Of a stretch of 64,000 bases of DNA, positions 1-10,211 are shown piece by piece (positions within the stretch are counted from its first letter, which is position 1; each line of letters starts with the position of its first letter). This DNA comes from an uncultured Thiohalophilus sp. (lineage in GTDB: Bacteria; Pseudomonadota; Gammaproteobacteria; UBA6429; Thiohalophilaceae). The stretch spans positions 820 through 64,819 of the forward strand of contig CAYOOC010000005.1 in assembly GCA_964405505.1 (NCBI GenBank), in the 5' to 3' direction. The notes beneath the pieces were generated by a model that had not been told where the DNA came from, made no database searches, and saw nothing but the letters and a program-made list of their open reading frames with translations. Made by a program: the position numbers and the translations under genes.

Positions 1-1164
1 GCGCAGGTCCTGTTCGATGCGCGCCTGGTTCTGGCTGGTGGGCGGGACGATATTGGCTTTGAGTACCATGCCCTCATTATCCAGATCATAACGATGCCAG
101 AGAATGCCGCGCGGTGCCTCGGTGCAGCCGTAGCCGGTGCCCGCAGCCGGTTCGATGAACTCGGCATACTGGTTCGGCTGTGCGTAATCATCCAGTAAAT
201 GGACGGCTTCCTGCAGGGCGTAATACAGCTCGATGGCCCGGGCGACGATGGAGTGAAACATGTTGCGACTGGGAAACTGAATGCCGCTGGCCTCGATCAG
301 CGCCTGGATATTGTCAGGCAGTTTATCCCGGTTCAGGTTCAGGCGGGCCAGGGGACCGACCAAATACGGCTTGTCATGCAACAGGGAATGAAACGAGGTG
401 GAGTGCGGCTCCTGAAATTCACGAAAATGCTGTTCGTAGTCGGCGATATCGATATCCAGGCCATCGTCCGAGACCAGGCGGCCGTGATACATGGGATACT
501 CGTTCTCATCACGCATGGCCACGCTGGTAAAGCGCTGTGGATCATCGGGCAGGTCCAGCGACGCAGTCCAGCTGACCAGCGCTTCGGCCTGCGGCAGTGC
601 CTCGGCCAGTTCCCGGCGCAGCGCCGTTACCGCCTTGACTGGCGGGGCGTGATGAAAGCCGCCGGCACAGACGCCCACCGGGTGCACGGAGCGTCCGCCG
701 AACAGCGCGATCAGTTTGTTACCCAGTGACTGCAGGTGCAGGCCGCGGCGCACGGCATCGGCATGTTCGGCGGCCATCTCGATCGCGTTGTTGAAACCGA
801 GAAAGTCCGGCGCGGCGAGCAGGTGAATATGCAGCGCGTGGCTCTGGATCCATTCACCGCAATACATGGCACGGCGCATGCGTTTGACCCACTCATTGTC
901 CGGCGTCGCGAAGATATTCTCGATCGCCTGCACCGCGCTCATTTGATAGGCCACCGGGCAGATACCGCAGATGCGCGCGACCATGTCCGGCACTTCGCTG
1001 TAGCTGTGACCTTCGAGAAATTTTTCAAACAGGCGTGGCGGCTCGAAGATGCGCAGCCGCAGTTCGTCGATCTTTCCCGCGCTCGCGGTCAGTTCCAGCG
1101 CGCCCTCGCCCTCGACCCGGGCCAGTACCGGCACATTGATGTTGATATCGCGCCGCTCGCTCAT
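1..1164 (-). CDS. hydA: Group 3b [NiFe]-hydrogenase (sulfhydrogenase) large/alpha subunit, 3' end off the window edge
   Basis: Absent from the ORF track because there is no stop in the window. Hand translation from the ATG at 1164 (ATGA overlap with the hydD stop) gives MSERRDININVPVLARVEGEGAL...VARICGICPVAY..., with the ARVEG and RxCGxC (L1) motifs. Confidence 0.93.
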   Translation of the reverse strand, partial: MSERRDININVPVLARVEGEGALELTASAGKIDELRLRIFEPPRLFEKFLEGHSYSEVPDMVARICGICPVAYQMSAVQAIENIFATPDNEWVKRMRRAMYCGEWIQSHALHIHLLAAPDFLGFNNAIEMAAEHADAVRRGLHLQSLGNKLIALFGGRSVHPVGVCAGGFHHAPPVKAVTALRRELAEALPQAEALVSWTASLDLPDDPQRFTSVAMRDENEYPMYHGRLVSDDGLDIDIADYEQHFREFQEPHSTSFHSLLHDKPYLVGPLARLNLNRDKLPDNIQALIEASGIQFPSRNMFHSIVARAIELYYALQEAVHLLDDYAQPNQYAEFIEPAAGTGYGCTEAPRGILWHRYDLDNEGMVLKANIVPPTSQNQARIEQDLR

Positions 1165-1955
1165 GACTCATCCCGCTTCCAGCGCAGGCCGGCGCTGGTA
1201 AACGGCTCCGCGCCGCTGTTGATAAAATGAAAACGGCGCCCGACGGTCGCCGGTAACAGCCCCAGCCGTCGAAACTCCTCGCCCAGCGCTTCGGGGTTGA
1301 TATTCTCCGCCGGCCCGTAACAGGCATAGCAATCCCGACCCAGTGACGGACAGATCGCCCCGCAGCCGGTGCGGGTCACCGGTCCCATGCACGGTTCGCC
1401 CTTGGTGACCATGACACAGACATTCTGTTGCCGTTTGCATTCCAGGCAGACCTTGTCCTGTTCGATTACCGGGACGGCACCGTGTAACAGTGAACGGATC
1501 GCCCCTATCACCTGCCGGCCATTGACCGGGCAACCCCACAGTTCCAGGTCCACTTTGACATGTTGGGATATGGGTGTGCAGGTGGCCAGGCTGTTGACGT
1601 ACTCCGGCGTTGCATAAACCTCGGCCAGCCACTGTTTGCCATCGGCCAGGTTGCGCAAAGCCTGCAGCCCCCCGGCGGTGGCGCAGGCGCCGATGGTGAT
1701 CAGGTAACCGCTGTTTTGACGAATGCGCTGAATGCGCTGCTCATCGTGCGCTGTGCAGATGCTGCCTTCGACAAAGGCGATATCGACTTGTGCCTCGGGA
1801 TTCATCGGCCCGGCCTCGGCAAAGTGCACCAGTTCCACCTGTTGCGACAACGTCAGCAACGCTTCACCGGCATTGAGAAAGGCCAGCTGGCAGCCGTCGC
1901 AGGAGGCGAATTTGTGGACGGCAACGCGGGGTTTGACAATGTGTTTATCACTCAT
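1161..1955 (-). CDS. hydD: Group 3b hydrogenase small/delta subunit
   Basis: N-terminal SCDGCQ, GACATAGG, WGCP and C-terminal Cys cluster (CLEC...CMGP...GCGAICP...CYACYG). Confidence 0.92.
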   Translation of the reverse strand: MSDKHIVKPRVAVHKFASCDGCQLAFLNAGEALLTLSQQVELVHFAEAGPMNPEAQVDIAFVEGSICTAHDEQRIQRIRQNSGYLITIGACATAGGLQALRNLADGKQWLAEVYATPEYVNSLATCTPISQHVKVDLELWGCPVNGRQVIGAIRSLLHGAVPVIEQDKVCLECKRQQNVCVMVTKGEPCMGPVTRTGCGAICPSLGRDCYACYGPAENINPEALGEEFRRLGLLPATVGRRFHFINSGAEPFTSAGLRWKRDES

Positions 1956-2066
1956 CCCATAATCCTTCTAGCACCCTTGCAAATACGTGTTCCGAACAGC
2001 GGTCCATTTTACGCCGTAGCCTGGCTCAAGGAGCAAGGCGACGGATCCAGGTTGTGCCGGGGTTCT

Positions 2067-2096
2067 GGTGGAACCGCTTCGCTTGTTCCACCCTAC
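2067..2096 (-). repeat. GTAG-type REP (family R1): GTAG-GGTGGAAC-AAGCGAAGCG-GTTCCACC
   Basis: 8-bp perfect stem with a 5' GTAG tetranucleotide on the minus strand; identical 30-nt copy at 4359-4388. Confidence 0.85.
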
Positions 2097-2102
2097 TTAT
2101 AG

Positions 2103-2936
2103 TTAGAAGCCTTTTATCCCCAGCAGCGGTTTGAGTTCCGGGTAACTGAACACCGGTCCGTCCTTGCAGACGAAGTTGGGGCCATGCTGGCAATGCCCAC
2201 AATGGCCGATCGCGCATTGCATGTTGCGCTCCATGCTCAGCCAGATGGACGCCTCGGGTACGTTACGGGGTAACAGTTCCTTGATCGCCGCGATCATCAT
2301 GCCTTCCGGACCGCACATCATGACGGTGCAGTTTTGCGGATCAAAATCGATCTCGCTGACCAGCTCGGTGATATGGCCGGTAGCCCAGGGCCAGCCCTGC
2401 CCGCCCTGGCTGGCGGCCAGGACCACCTGGGTATCGTCCTGTTTGCTCCAGGTTTCGTATTTCTCACGCCAGATCAGATCGTCCGCATGTTTGACGCCCT
2501 GCATGATGATCAGCCTACGGAAACGGTCCCGGCGCTTGAGCACATAATTGATCACCGAGACCACCGGGGCGCAGCCCAGTCCGCCGGTAATCAGTACCAC
2601 GTCCTTGCCCTCGGCCTGCTGTACCGGCCAGCCTCGCCCGTAGGCGCCGCGCACGCCGATGCGATCGCCCTCCTTCAGGTCGGCCAGTACGTTGGTTACC
2701 CGGCCCAGGCGGCGAATGGTGTGATCGTAGGCGTGTTCGTCTTGCGGATCGGAGACGATGGAGATCGGCACCTCGCCCACGCCATACACATACAACATGT
2801 TGAACTGGCCCGGTTCGAAGCGATACTGCTCGTGAATGTCGGGATCGGTAAAGCGCAGGCGCAGGGTGAAGATATGCGGGGTCTCTTCCAGGCGCTGGAA
2901 GATTTCCGCTTCGTGGGGCAGATAGGGCGAGCTCAT
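2103..2936 (-). CDS. hydG: Group 3b hydrogenase gamma subunit (FAD/NAD(P)-binding, 2Fe-2S)
   Basis: FEPGQFNML, GEVPISI, GGLGCAP, MCGPEGM and CAIGHCGHCQ...C motifs. Confidence 0.9.
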   Translation of the reverse strand: MSSPYLPHEAEIFQRLEETPHIFTLRLRFTDPDIHEQYRFEPGQFNMLYVYGVGEVPISIVSDPQDEHAYDHTIRRLGRVTNVLADLKEGDRIGVRGAYGRGWPVQQAEGKDVVLITGGLGCAPVVSVINYVLKRRDRFRRLIIMQGVKHADDLIWREKYETWSKQDDTQVVLAASQGGQGWPWATGHITELVSEIDFDPQNCTVMMCGPEGMMIAAIKELLPRNVPEASIWLSMERNMQCAIGHCGHCQHGPNFVCKDGPVFSYPELKPLLGIKGF

Positions 2937-4042
2937 GCTTCATCACTCCCGCAAATGGCCTGCAGCTCTTCGGTCACATCGATGCCCACCGGGCACCAGG
3001 TAATACAGCGTCCGCAACCGACACACCCACTGCGACCGTATTGATCGTGCCAACTGCCGAATTTGTGCGTCAGCCACTGACGATAACGCTCGCGGGTCTG
3101 TTGTCGAACCGTCAGGCCATGGATATAACTGTGACCGGCGGTAAAACAGGAATCCCACTGGCGCACGTGTTCCGAACTGCCCCCGTCCAGTGGCGCCAGC
3201 TCTTCCTCGCTGTGACAGAAACAGGTCGGACAAACTGACGTGCAGTTACCGCAGGACAGACAGCGCCCTGCCACTTCGTCCCAGCGCTCATGATCGAGAT
3301 TGGCAAACAGCGCATCGCGCAACTGTTTGCCCGGCACCTTCCTCAACTGTTCGTACGCTTTTTCCTGCTGTAGCTCGATCGCCTCCAGATGCCCGTCGGT
3401 TACGGGGATCAGGTTGAGCCGCGCCATGATCGCCTGGCCTTCCTCGGTACCGGCCTGAATCATGAAACCGTCATCCAGTTCATCCATAACCAGATCATAA
3501 CCGGCCTTCGCTACCGGCCCGTCGCCGGTGGAGGCACAGAAACAGGTTGAAGCCGGATGCGAACAGTTGACGGCAATCAGCAGGAGATTCTCGCGGCGTG
3601 CAGCATAGGCCGGATCGGGATAGTCGCACCCGAGAAAATGGCGATCCTGCAGGGCCAGGGCAGCCAGATCGCAGGCCCGGACACCGAAGATTGCCCTTTT
3701 CGGTACCTCTGGCGTGGCCGGTTCAAACTGCAACCGTCCCCCGTCTTGAAGGCGGACGCGCCAGAGCGTCTCGCGCGGCGCGAATAAAAAGGGTTTCAGG
3801 GCCTGGGGACCATTGGCCCAGGCAAAATAACGAACCTGGTTGTCCAGCACCTCGCCGCAGTATTCGCCGGGATACTGGTTCACCTGCACGCCGCGGGGCA
3901 GCTGGTCGACCTGGCTCAGGGTGTCATACACAATGGCATCGTCTTGCCATTGCGGGCCGATGCACTCATAGCCTTCAGCCTGGACGGCTTCCAGCAGCAG
4001 CGGCAGGCGCTCGCGCAGTAAAAAAGCGTCCTTATCCCCCAT
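2933..4042 (-). CDS. hydB: Group 3b hydrogenase beta subunit (4Fe-4S dicluster)
   Basis: GVRACDL, CFC, CLSCGNCTSVCPTCFC and GCVGCGRCITWCPVGID motifs; 4-nt overlap with hydG. Confidence 0.9.
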   Translation of the reverse strand: MGDKDAFLLRERLPLLLEAVQAEGYECIGPQWQDDAIVYDTLSQVDQLPRGVQVNQYPGEYCGEVLDNQVRYFAWANGPQALKPFLFAPRETLWRVRLQDGGRLQFEPATPEVPKRAIFGVRACDLAALALQDRHFLGCDYPDPAYAARRENLLLIAVNCSHPASTCFCASTGDGPVAKAGYDLVMDELDDGFMIQAGTEEGQAIMARLNLIPVTDGHLEAIELQQEKAYEQLRKVPGKQLRDALFANLDHERWDEVAGRCLSCGNCTSVCPTCFCHSEEELAPLDGGSSEHVRQWDSCFTAGHSYIHGLTVRQQTRERYRQWLTHKFGSWHDQYGRSGCVGCGRCITWCPVGIDVTEELQAICGSDEA

Positions 4043-4072
4043 CCCTTGACCCTGGCAAGTATTGAGTCTTCA

Positions 4073-4102
4073 AGCGTAGCCAGCGGGGATAGCCGGCGTC
4101 AA
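4073..4102 (-). promoter_or_regulatory. Candidate sigma70 promoter for the hydrogenase operon
   Basis: Minus strand TTGACG-N18-TACGCT, about 30 nt upstream of the hydB ATG; pattern match only. Confidence 0.3.
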
Positions 4103-4238
4103 ACCATTCCTCTGCCATTTTAGGAATAAACCCACGAGGCCCTGCAAATCAGATAGCAGGATGAACGCCCCACCGGCGCGATGTCAGGGACACAGTCCGT
4201 TCCCGGCCGGGAGATTGTGCGCTTAACCGGCGATAATA

Positions 4239-4311
4239 CTCTCGCAAAGACGCAGAGCCGCGGAGAGTGATCAATATCAGTTCGCTTTGCGCCGTGGCGT
4301 CTCTGCGAGAG
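4239..4311. repeat. Tri-repeat-armed palindrome, CGCRRAG family
   Basis: Left arm ctctCGCAAAGaCGCAGAGcCGCGGAGag (4239-4267), 17-nt spacer, right arm ctttgcgccgtggcgtctctgcgagag (4285-4311). Confidence 0.8.
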
Positions 4312-4358
4312 ACACGCTTTTCTCTTCTGCTGCATCCTGGACCAGAACAACCAGTTCA

Positions 4359-4388
4359 GGTGGAACCGCTTCGCTTGTTCCACCCTAC
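4359..4388 (-). repeat. GTAG-type REP (family R1), second copy
   Basis: Identical to 2067-2096. Confidence 0.85.
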
Positions 4389-4420
4389 AGGGGTGAGCGG
4401 GTAGTAGTGGGAACGTTTAT

Positions 4421-4684
4421 TTAGCCGCGTACTGCCTGTTCCATGCGGGCCATGGCCGACTGCCAGGGCTCATCATGAATCCGGTTGTCGGCCATCAGTT
4501 CCATTAACCCGTAAGCCAGCTGCCGGTTTTCGGGCGTAAACTCCTTGAGCTTGCCGAGCATGTACATATGCCCGGTCTTCTCCACGTTCAGCGTCGAGAC
4601 CAGCGCGAACAGCAATAACGATTGCCCCGAGCGGGGATCCGCCTCGATGATCGACGCCACCTGTTCCAGTACATCATTCGACAT
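4421..4684 (-). CDS. Hypothetical helical protein (87 aa)
   Basis: Protein-like composition (MSNDVLEQVASIIEADPRSGQSLLLFALV...), same strand as fba; no family recognised; start could also be 4690. Confidence 0.7.
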   Translation of the reverse strand: MSNDVLEQVASIIEADPRSGQSLLLFALVSTLNVEKTGHMYMLGKLKEFTPENRQLAYGLMELMADNRIHDEPWQSAMARMEQAVRG

Positions 4685-4702
4685 AATCACATCCTGAGAA
4701 AA

Positions 4703-5018
4703 CTGAATCCGCCAATTAACGCGAATAAACGCAAATCATTTTTTTAAACTCACATTGAAATTCATTAGCGTTGATTCGCGTGCATTTGCGGACTGAAAAA
4801 CTTATATCCCAACAAAAAAAGATTGTAGGTCACGCTGGCGTTAGCCTGCGTGACACCCTTTACGGAGAATGTCAGGTAGCGCTACGCGCAGCCTGACCTA
4901 CACCTGAGTTCGCCAATTAACGCGAATAAACGCCAATCACTTTAAACTCACATTGATATTCATTAGCGTTTATTTGCGTGCATTTGCGGACTGAAAAACC
5001 TATATCCCAACGAAAAAA
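4703..5018. repeat. Composite repeat: palindrome A - REP R2 - REP R3 - palindrome A
   Basis: About 115-nt direct repeat (4703-4820 and 4904-5018, period about 201) carrying palindrome A (4708-4792, 4909-4990). Between the copies sit inverted REPs GTAG-gtcacgc..gcgtgac (4825-4854) and gtcagg..cctgac-CTAC (4871-4901). Confidence 0.85.
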
Positions 5019-5039
5019 GGCGGGCCGAGGCCCGCCTTT
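5013..5039 (-). terminator. Intrinsic terminator after fba
   Basis: aaaggcgggc-cgag-gcccgccttt stem, with a 6-U run on the minus strand. Confidence 0.8.
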
Positions 5040-5061
5040 GCTACAGCGATAGTCCGTAGAC

Positions 5062-6138
5062 TTAAGCCGCTTTGGACTTGACCTTCGGATCCAGTTCGCC
5101 GGAGGCGTAACGCTCAACCATTTTTTCCAGGTTGATAACGTCGATCTTGCTGGCATTGCCGGCGCAACCGAAGGCTTCGAAACGGGCCTTGCAGATTTCC
5201 TTCATGGCCTTGGTAGATTCCTTGAGGAATTTACGCGGGTCGAAGTTGCTCGGGTTGTCGGCCAGGTGCTTGCGAACGGCACCGGTGGAAGCCATGCGCA
5301 GGTCGGTGTCGATGTTGACCTTGCGCACGCCGTGCTTGATGCCTTCCTGGATTTCGTGGACCGGTACACCATAGGTGCTGCCCATGTCACCGCCGTAGTT
5401 ATTGATGATTTCCAGCCATTCCTGCGGAACGGAAGAAGAACCGTGCATAACCAGGTGGGTATCCGGAATCCGCTCGTGGATTTCCTTGATGCGATCGATG
5501 CGCAGGATATCGCCGGTCGGCTCCTTGGTGAACTTGTAGGCGCCGTGGGAAGTCCCGATGGCAATGGCCAGGGCATCAACACCGGTCTGGGAAACGAAAT
5601 CGGCCGCTTCCTGGGGATCGGTCAGCAGCATGTCCATGTCCAGCTTGCCTTCGGCGCCGTGGCCGTCTTCTTCACCCATTTCGCCGGTTTCCAGCGAGCC
5701 CAGGCAACCCAGTTCGCCTTCGACGGAAACGCCGCCGGCATGAGCCATTTCCACGACCTTTCGGGTCACGTCGACGTTGTATTCATAGGAAGCAGGGGTC
5801 TTCATGTCTTCCATCAGGGAACCGTCCATCATGACCGAGCTGAAGCCGGACTGGATGGAGCGCAGACAAACGCCCGGGGCGGAGCCGTGGTCCTGGTGCA
5901 TGACGACCGGGATATGCGGGTACATTTCCAGCGCGGCGGTGATCAGGTGGCGCAGGAAGGGTTCGCCCGCGTAGGAGCGTGCCCCGGCGGAACCCTGCAT
6001 GATAACCGGGCTGTTGGTTTCGTCGGCAGCCTGCATGATGGCATGCACCTGCTCCATGTTGTTGACGTTGAACGCCGGCATGCCGTAGCCAACTTCGGCA
6101 GCATGATCCAGCAATTGACGCAGTGAAATCAGGGCCAT
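5062..6138 (-). CDS. fba: Fructose-bisphosphate aldolase class II (Calvin-cycle/CbbA-like subtype)
   Basis: [36 protein letters not shown] and KVNIDTD motifs. Confidence 0.96.
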   Translation of the reverse strand: MALISLRQLLDHAAEVGYGMPAFNVNNMEQVHAIMQAADETNSPVIMQGSAGARSYAGEPFLRHLITAALEMYPHIPVVMHQDHGSAPGVCLRSIQSGFSSVMMDGSLMEDMKTPASYEYNVDVTRKVVEMAHAGGVSVEGELGCLGSLETGEMGEEDGHGAEGKLDMDMLLTDPQEAADFVSQTGVDALAIAIGTSHGAYKFTKEPTGDILRIDRIKEIHERIPDTHLVMHGSSSVPQEWLEIINNYGGDMGSTYGVPVHEIQEGIKHGVRKVNIDTDLRMASTGAVRKHLADNPSNFDPRKFLKESTKAMKEICKARFEAFGCAGNASKIDVINLEKMVERYASGELDPKVKSKAA

Positions 6139-6206
6139 TTTCGGGACCTCCTTAAATGTGTGTTTCCGACTAGTTTACTGTGTTTCGTTTAATCTTCCAG
6201 GCTCGA

Positions 6207-7667
6207 TCAGATGAGCGTGTTATCCAGATCGATGCCATCCACATCGCCCACCCGGACGATGGTCATGGCATTGGTACCACCCTGGACGCCCATCAGATCG
6301 CCTCGGGTAATCACGACCAGGTCGCCGTCGCGGACCGCACCTCGACGCAGCAGCTCATCAATGGCTTCCCGGTTAACGGCGGCGCGATCCAGGTCGGACG
6401 GGATCTCAAAGCTGACCGGATAAACGCCGCGGTAGAGTGTCACCTTTCTACGCGTCTCCACATAGCTCGTCAAGGCGTAGATGGGGATCCCCGAGCTGAT
6501 CCGGGACATCCAGCGGGTGGTCGCCCCTGACTCGGTGAGGGCGGCGATCGCCTTCACCCCAAGGTGGTTGGCGGTATACATGGCCGCCATGGCGATGGCC
6601 TCGTCGATGCGCTTGAAGCGGGTATCGATGCGATGGTCGGAGCGCTTGGCGGTGCGCTGTTTTTCCGCCTCGCGACAGATCCGGTCCATCGCGGCGATGG
6701 CGCTGTCCGGGTAGCGGCCGCTGGCGGTCTCGGCGGAGAGCATGACCGCGTCGGTGCCGTCCAGCACCGCGTTGGCCACGTCAAAAACCTCAGCGCGGGT
6801 CGGGATATGGCTGGTGATCATCGACTCCATCATCTGGGTCGCGGTGATCACCACCCGGTTCATGGCGCGGGCCTTGCTGATCAGGTTCTTCTGCACCGGC
6901 GGCAGCGCGGCATCGCCGATCTCCACGCCCAGGTCGCCGCGGGCGATCATGATCACGTCGGAGGCCTCGATGATCTCCTCGACCTTGTCCAGGGCATCGG
7001 CGCGTTCGATCTTGGCCACCACGTGCGCATTGCTGCCCGCCGCCTCGATCAGGTGACGGGCCTCGTTGACGTCGGCCGCGTTGCGCGGAAAGGAGACCGC
7101 AATGTAATCGGCCTTCATGGCCGCGGCGGTCTTGATGTCCTCGCGATCCTTGTGGGTCAGGGCCGGCGCCGACAGGCCGCCGCCCTGCTTGTTGAGTCCC
7201 TTGCGATCCAACAGCTCGCCGCCGACCACGACGCGACAATGCACTTCGGGCCCTTCAATGGTATCGACCCACAGGACAATCCGCCCGTCATCCAACAGCA
7301 GGGTATCGCCGCGGGTGACATCTTCGGGCAGTTCCTTGTAGGCCATACCGACCCGCTCGACCGTGCCGGCTTCAGGATCCAGTTTGGTATCGAGGATGAA
7401 AGTTTCACCCTCCTTGAGAGTGATCTTGCCGTCCTTGAAGCGCTCGATGCGGATTTTCGGCCCCTGCAGATCGCACATGACACCGACCTGACGACCGTGG
7501 GCGCGGGCCCGGTTGCGAATCTTGTCCGCCCGATCGATGTGCTCTTCGGCGGTGCCGTGGGAAAAATTGATCCTGGCAACATCCACCCCGGCCTCGATGA
7601 TCTTGTCCATCACCTTGGGATCATCGGTCGCAGGGCCGAGCGTGGCAACAATTTTGGTTCTTCTCAT
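6207..7667 (-). CDS. pyk: Pyruvate kinase
   Basis: MRRTKIVATLGPAT start (7667 preferred over the ORF-track 7760); DLQGPKIR, ARGDLG, ATQMMESM and DAVMLSAET motifs. Confidence 0.97.
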   Translation of the reverse strand: MRRTKIVATLGPATDDPKVMDKIIEAGVDVARINFSHGTAEEHIDRADKIRNRARAHGRQVGVMCDLQGPKIRIERFKDGKITLKEGETFILDTKLDPEAGTVERVGMAYKELPEDVTRGDTLLLDDGRIVLWVDTIEGPEVHCRVVVGGELLDRKGLNKQGGGLSAPALTHKDREDIKTAAAMKADYIAVSFPRNAADVNEARHLIEAAGSNAHVVAKIERADALDKVEEIIEASDVIMIARGDLGVEIGDAALPPVQKNLISKARAMNRVVITATQMMESMITSHIPTRAEVFDVANAVLDGTDAVMLSAETASGRYPDSAIAAMDRICREAEKQRTAKRSDHRIDTRFKRIDEAIAMAAMYTANHLGVKAIAALTESGATTRWMSRISSGIPIYALTSYVETRRKVTLYRGVYPVSFEIPSDLDRAAVNREAIDELLRRGAVRDGDLVVITRGDLMGVQGGTNAMTIVRVGDVDGIDLDNTLI

Positions 7668-7763
7668 AAGTCTAGTGACTGGTTCCTGTAACCGTCTTGT
7701 GGCAACGCCACTGAATAAGATTTTGTTTTTAGTCGCGGGCCGCCAGGCGGCCCCGCGCACATT

Positions 7764-7798
7764 CCACTAGCAACTAGAACCTGGTACCTAGCGCCTAG
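7764..7798. repeat. Heptamer tandem array (NNNCTAG x5)
   Basis: ccactag caactag aacctgg tacctag cgcctag; the last unit contains the pgk stop. Confidence 0.7.
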
Positions 7799-8979
7799 TT
7801 TTTGGCCCGTTCTTCCAGCATGGCCACGGCCGGCAGGGTCTTGCCTTCCAGGTATTCCAGGAACGCACCGCCGGCGGTGGAGATGTAGGAGACCTTGTCA
7901 TAGATATCGTACTTCTGGATCGCGGCGATGGTGTCGCCGCCACCGGCCAGGCTGAAGCCCTTGGCATTGGCGATGGCCATGGAAATGGTTTTGGTGCCTT
8001 CGCCGAACTGATCGAACTCGAACACACCAACCGGACCGTTCCAGACAATGGTACCGGCCTGGGCGATCTTGTCTGCCAGTTGTTTCGCAGAATCGGGACC
8101 GATATCAAAAATCATGTCGTCTTCGGCCACTTCATCGACTTTTTTCAGTACGGCCGGCTCGTTTTCATCGAACTTCTTGCCGACCACCACGTCGGTGGCG
8201 ATCGGGATGCTGGCGCCGGCCGCCTCGGCCTTTTGCATCAGTTCTTTGGCCGTATCGACCAGATCGTCCTCGCACAGGGACTTGCCCACCGGATGACCGG
8301 CCGCCTTGAGGAAAGTGTTGGCAATCCCGCCACCGACAATCAGCTGATCCACCTTGGTGGAGAGCGCTTCGAGCACGGTCAGCTTGGTGGAGACCTTGGA
8401 GCCGCCGACAATAGCGACCATCGGCCGGGCCGGATCGGCCAGTGCCTTGGCCAGCGCTTCCAGCTCTTCGGCCAGCAGCAGACCGGCACAGGCGGTCGGG
8501 GCAAACTTGCCGACGCCGTGGGTGGAAGCCTGGGCGCGGTGTGCGGTACCGAAGGCATCCATCACGAACACGTCGCACAGCGCGGCGTATTTCTTGGCCA
8601 GGGTTTCATCGTCTTTCTTTTCGCCGGCGTTGAAACGCACGTTTTCCAGCAGGACGACTTCGCCTTCGGCCGGCTGCGGATCGTTGTCCATGTAATCCTT
8701 GGACAGGCGAACCTGCTTGCCCAGCTTGGCGGACATGTCATCGGCGATCGGTGCCAGGGAGTTTTCCTCGTCCGGTACGCCTTCTTCGGGACGACCGCGG
8801 TGGGACATCACCATAACCGCCGCGGCACCGTTTTTCAGGCAGTACTCGATGGTCGGCATGGACGCGGTAATCCGCGCATCGGAAGTGACCTTGCCGTTTT
8901 TCACCGGCACGTTGAGATCGGCGCGAATCAATACCCGCTTGCCGGACAGATCCAGATCAGTCAATTTTATAAAAGACAT
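7795..8979 (-). CDS. pgk: Phosphoglycerate kinase
   Basis: [40 protein letters not shown] and STAGGAFLE motifs. Confidence 0.98.
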   Translation of the reverse strand: MSFIKLTDLDLSGKRVLIRADLNVPVKNGKVTSDARITASMPTIEYCLKNGAAAVMVMSHRGRPEEGVPDEENSLAPIADDMSAKLGKQVRLSKDYMDNDPQPAEGEVVLLENVRFNAGEKKDDETLAKKYAALCDVFVMDAFGTAHRAQASTHGVGKFAPTACAGLLLAEELEALAKALADPARPMVAIVGGSKVSTKLTVLEALSTKVDQLIVGGGIANTFLKAAGHPVGKSLCEDDLVDTAKELMQKAEAAGASIPIATDVVVGKKFDENEPAVLKKVDEVAEDDMIFDIGPDSAKQLADKIAQAGTIVWNGPVGVFEFDQFGEGTKTISMAIANAKGFSLAGGGDTIAAIQKYDIYDKVSYISTAGGAFLEYLEGKTLPAVAMLEERAKN

Positions 8980-9067
8980 GTTTGTTACTCCGTGTAAATT
9001 TTCAAAAACTATTAGCCAAACGGTCGGCGCTTGGCGAATAGCTCTTTCCGTAACGTTTTGTAATTAA

Positions 9068-9147
9068 AACGCGGAGAGCGCAGAGACGCGGAGGGGCAGA
9101 GAAACAAATTATTCTCCGCGACTCTGCGCCTCCGCGTGCTCTGCGTT
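9068..9147. repeat. Palindrome of the CGCRGAG family with four sub-repeats per arm
   Basis: aaCGCGGAGagCGCAGAGaCGCGGAGgGGCAGAG (9068-9101), 12-nt AT spacer, ctccgcgactctgcgcctccgcgtgctctgcgtt (9114-9147). Confidence 0.85.
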
Positions 9148-9167
9148 AATCAACCAAACCCGGCTGA

Positions 9168-10202
<1,035 letters not shown>

Positions 10203-10211
10203 TCAAAATTG

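Noticed and set aside
1025-1327. Apparent frameshift or missing hydrogenase large subunit
   Set aside because: Hand translation from 1164 gives a continuous frame; it is absent from the ORF track only because it lacks a stop in the window.
2026-4383. Short ORFs 2026-2217, 4120-4383 and 4917-5156 (two share VEQAKRFH-like text)
   Set aside because: They are translations of REP and palindrome sequence and lack RBS or protein-like features.
4703-5018. CRISPR array interpretation of the direct repeats
   Set aside because: Only two long palindromic units separated by other repeat modules, not unique spacers; no cas genes in the window.
9068-9147. Integron attC interpretation of the palindromes
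   Set aside because: The ends do not fit RYYYAAC...GTTRRRY, there is no cassette array and no integrase.
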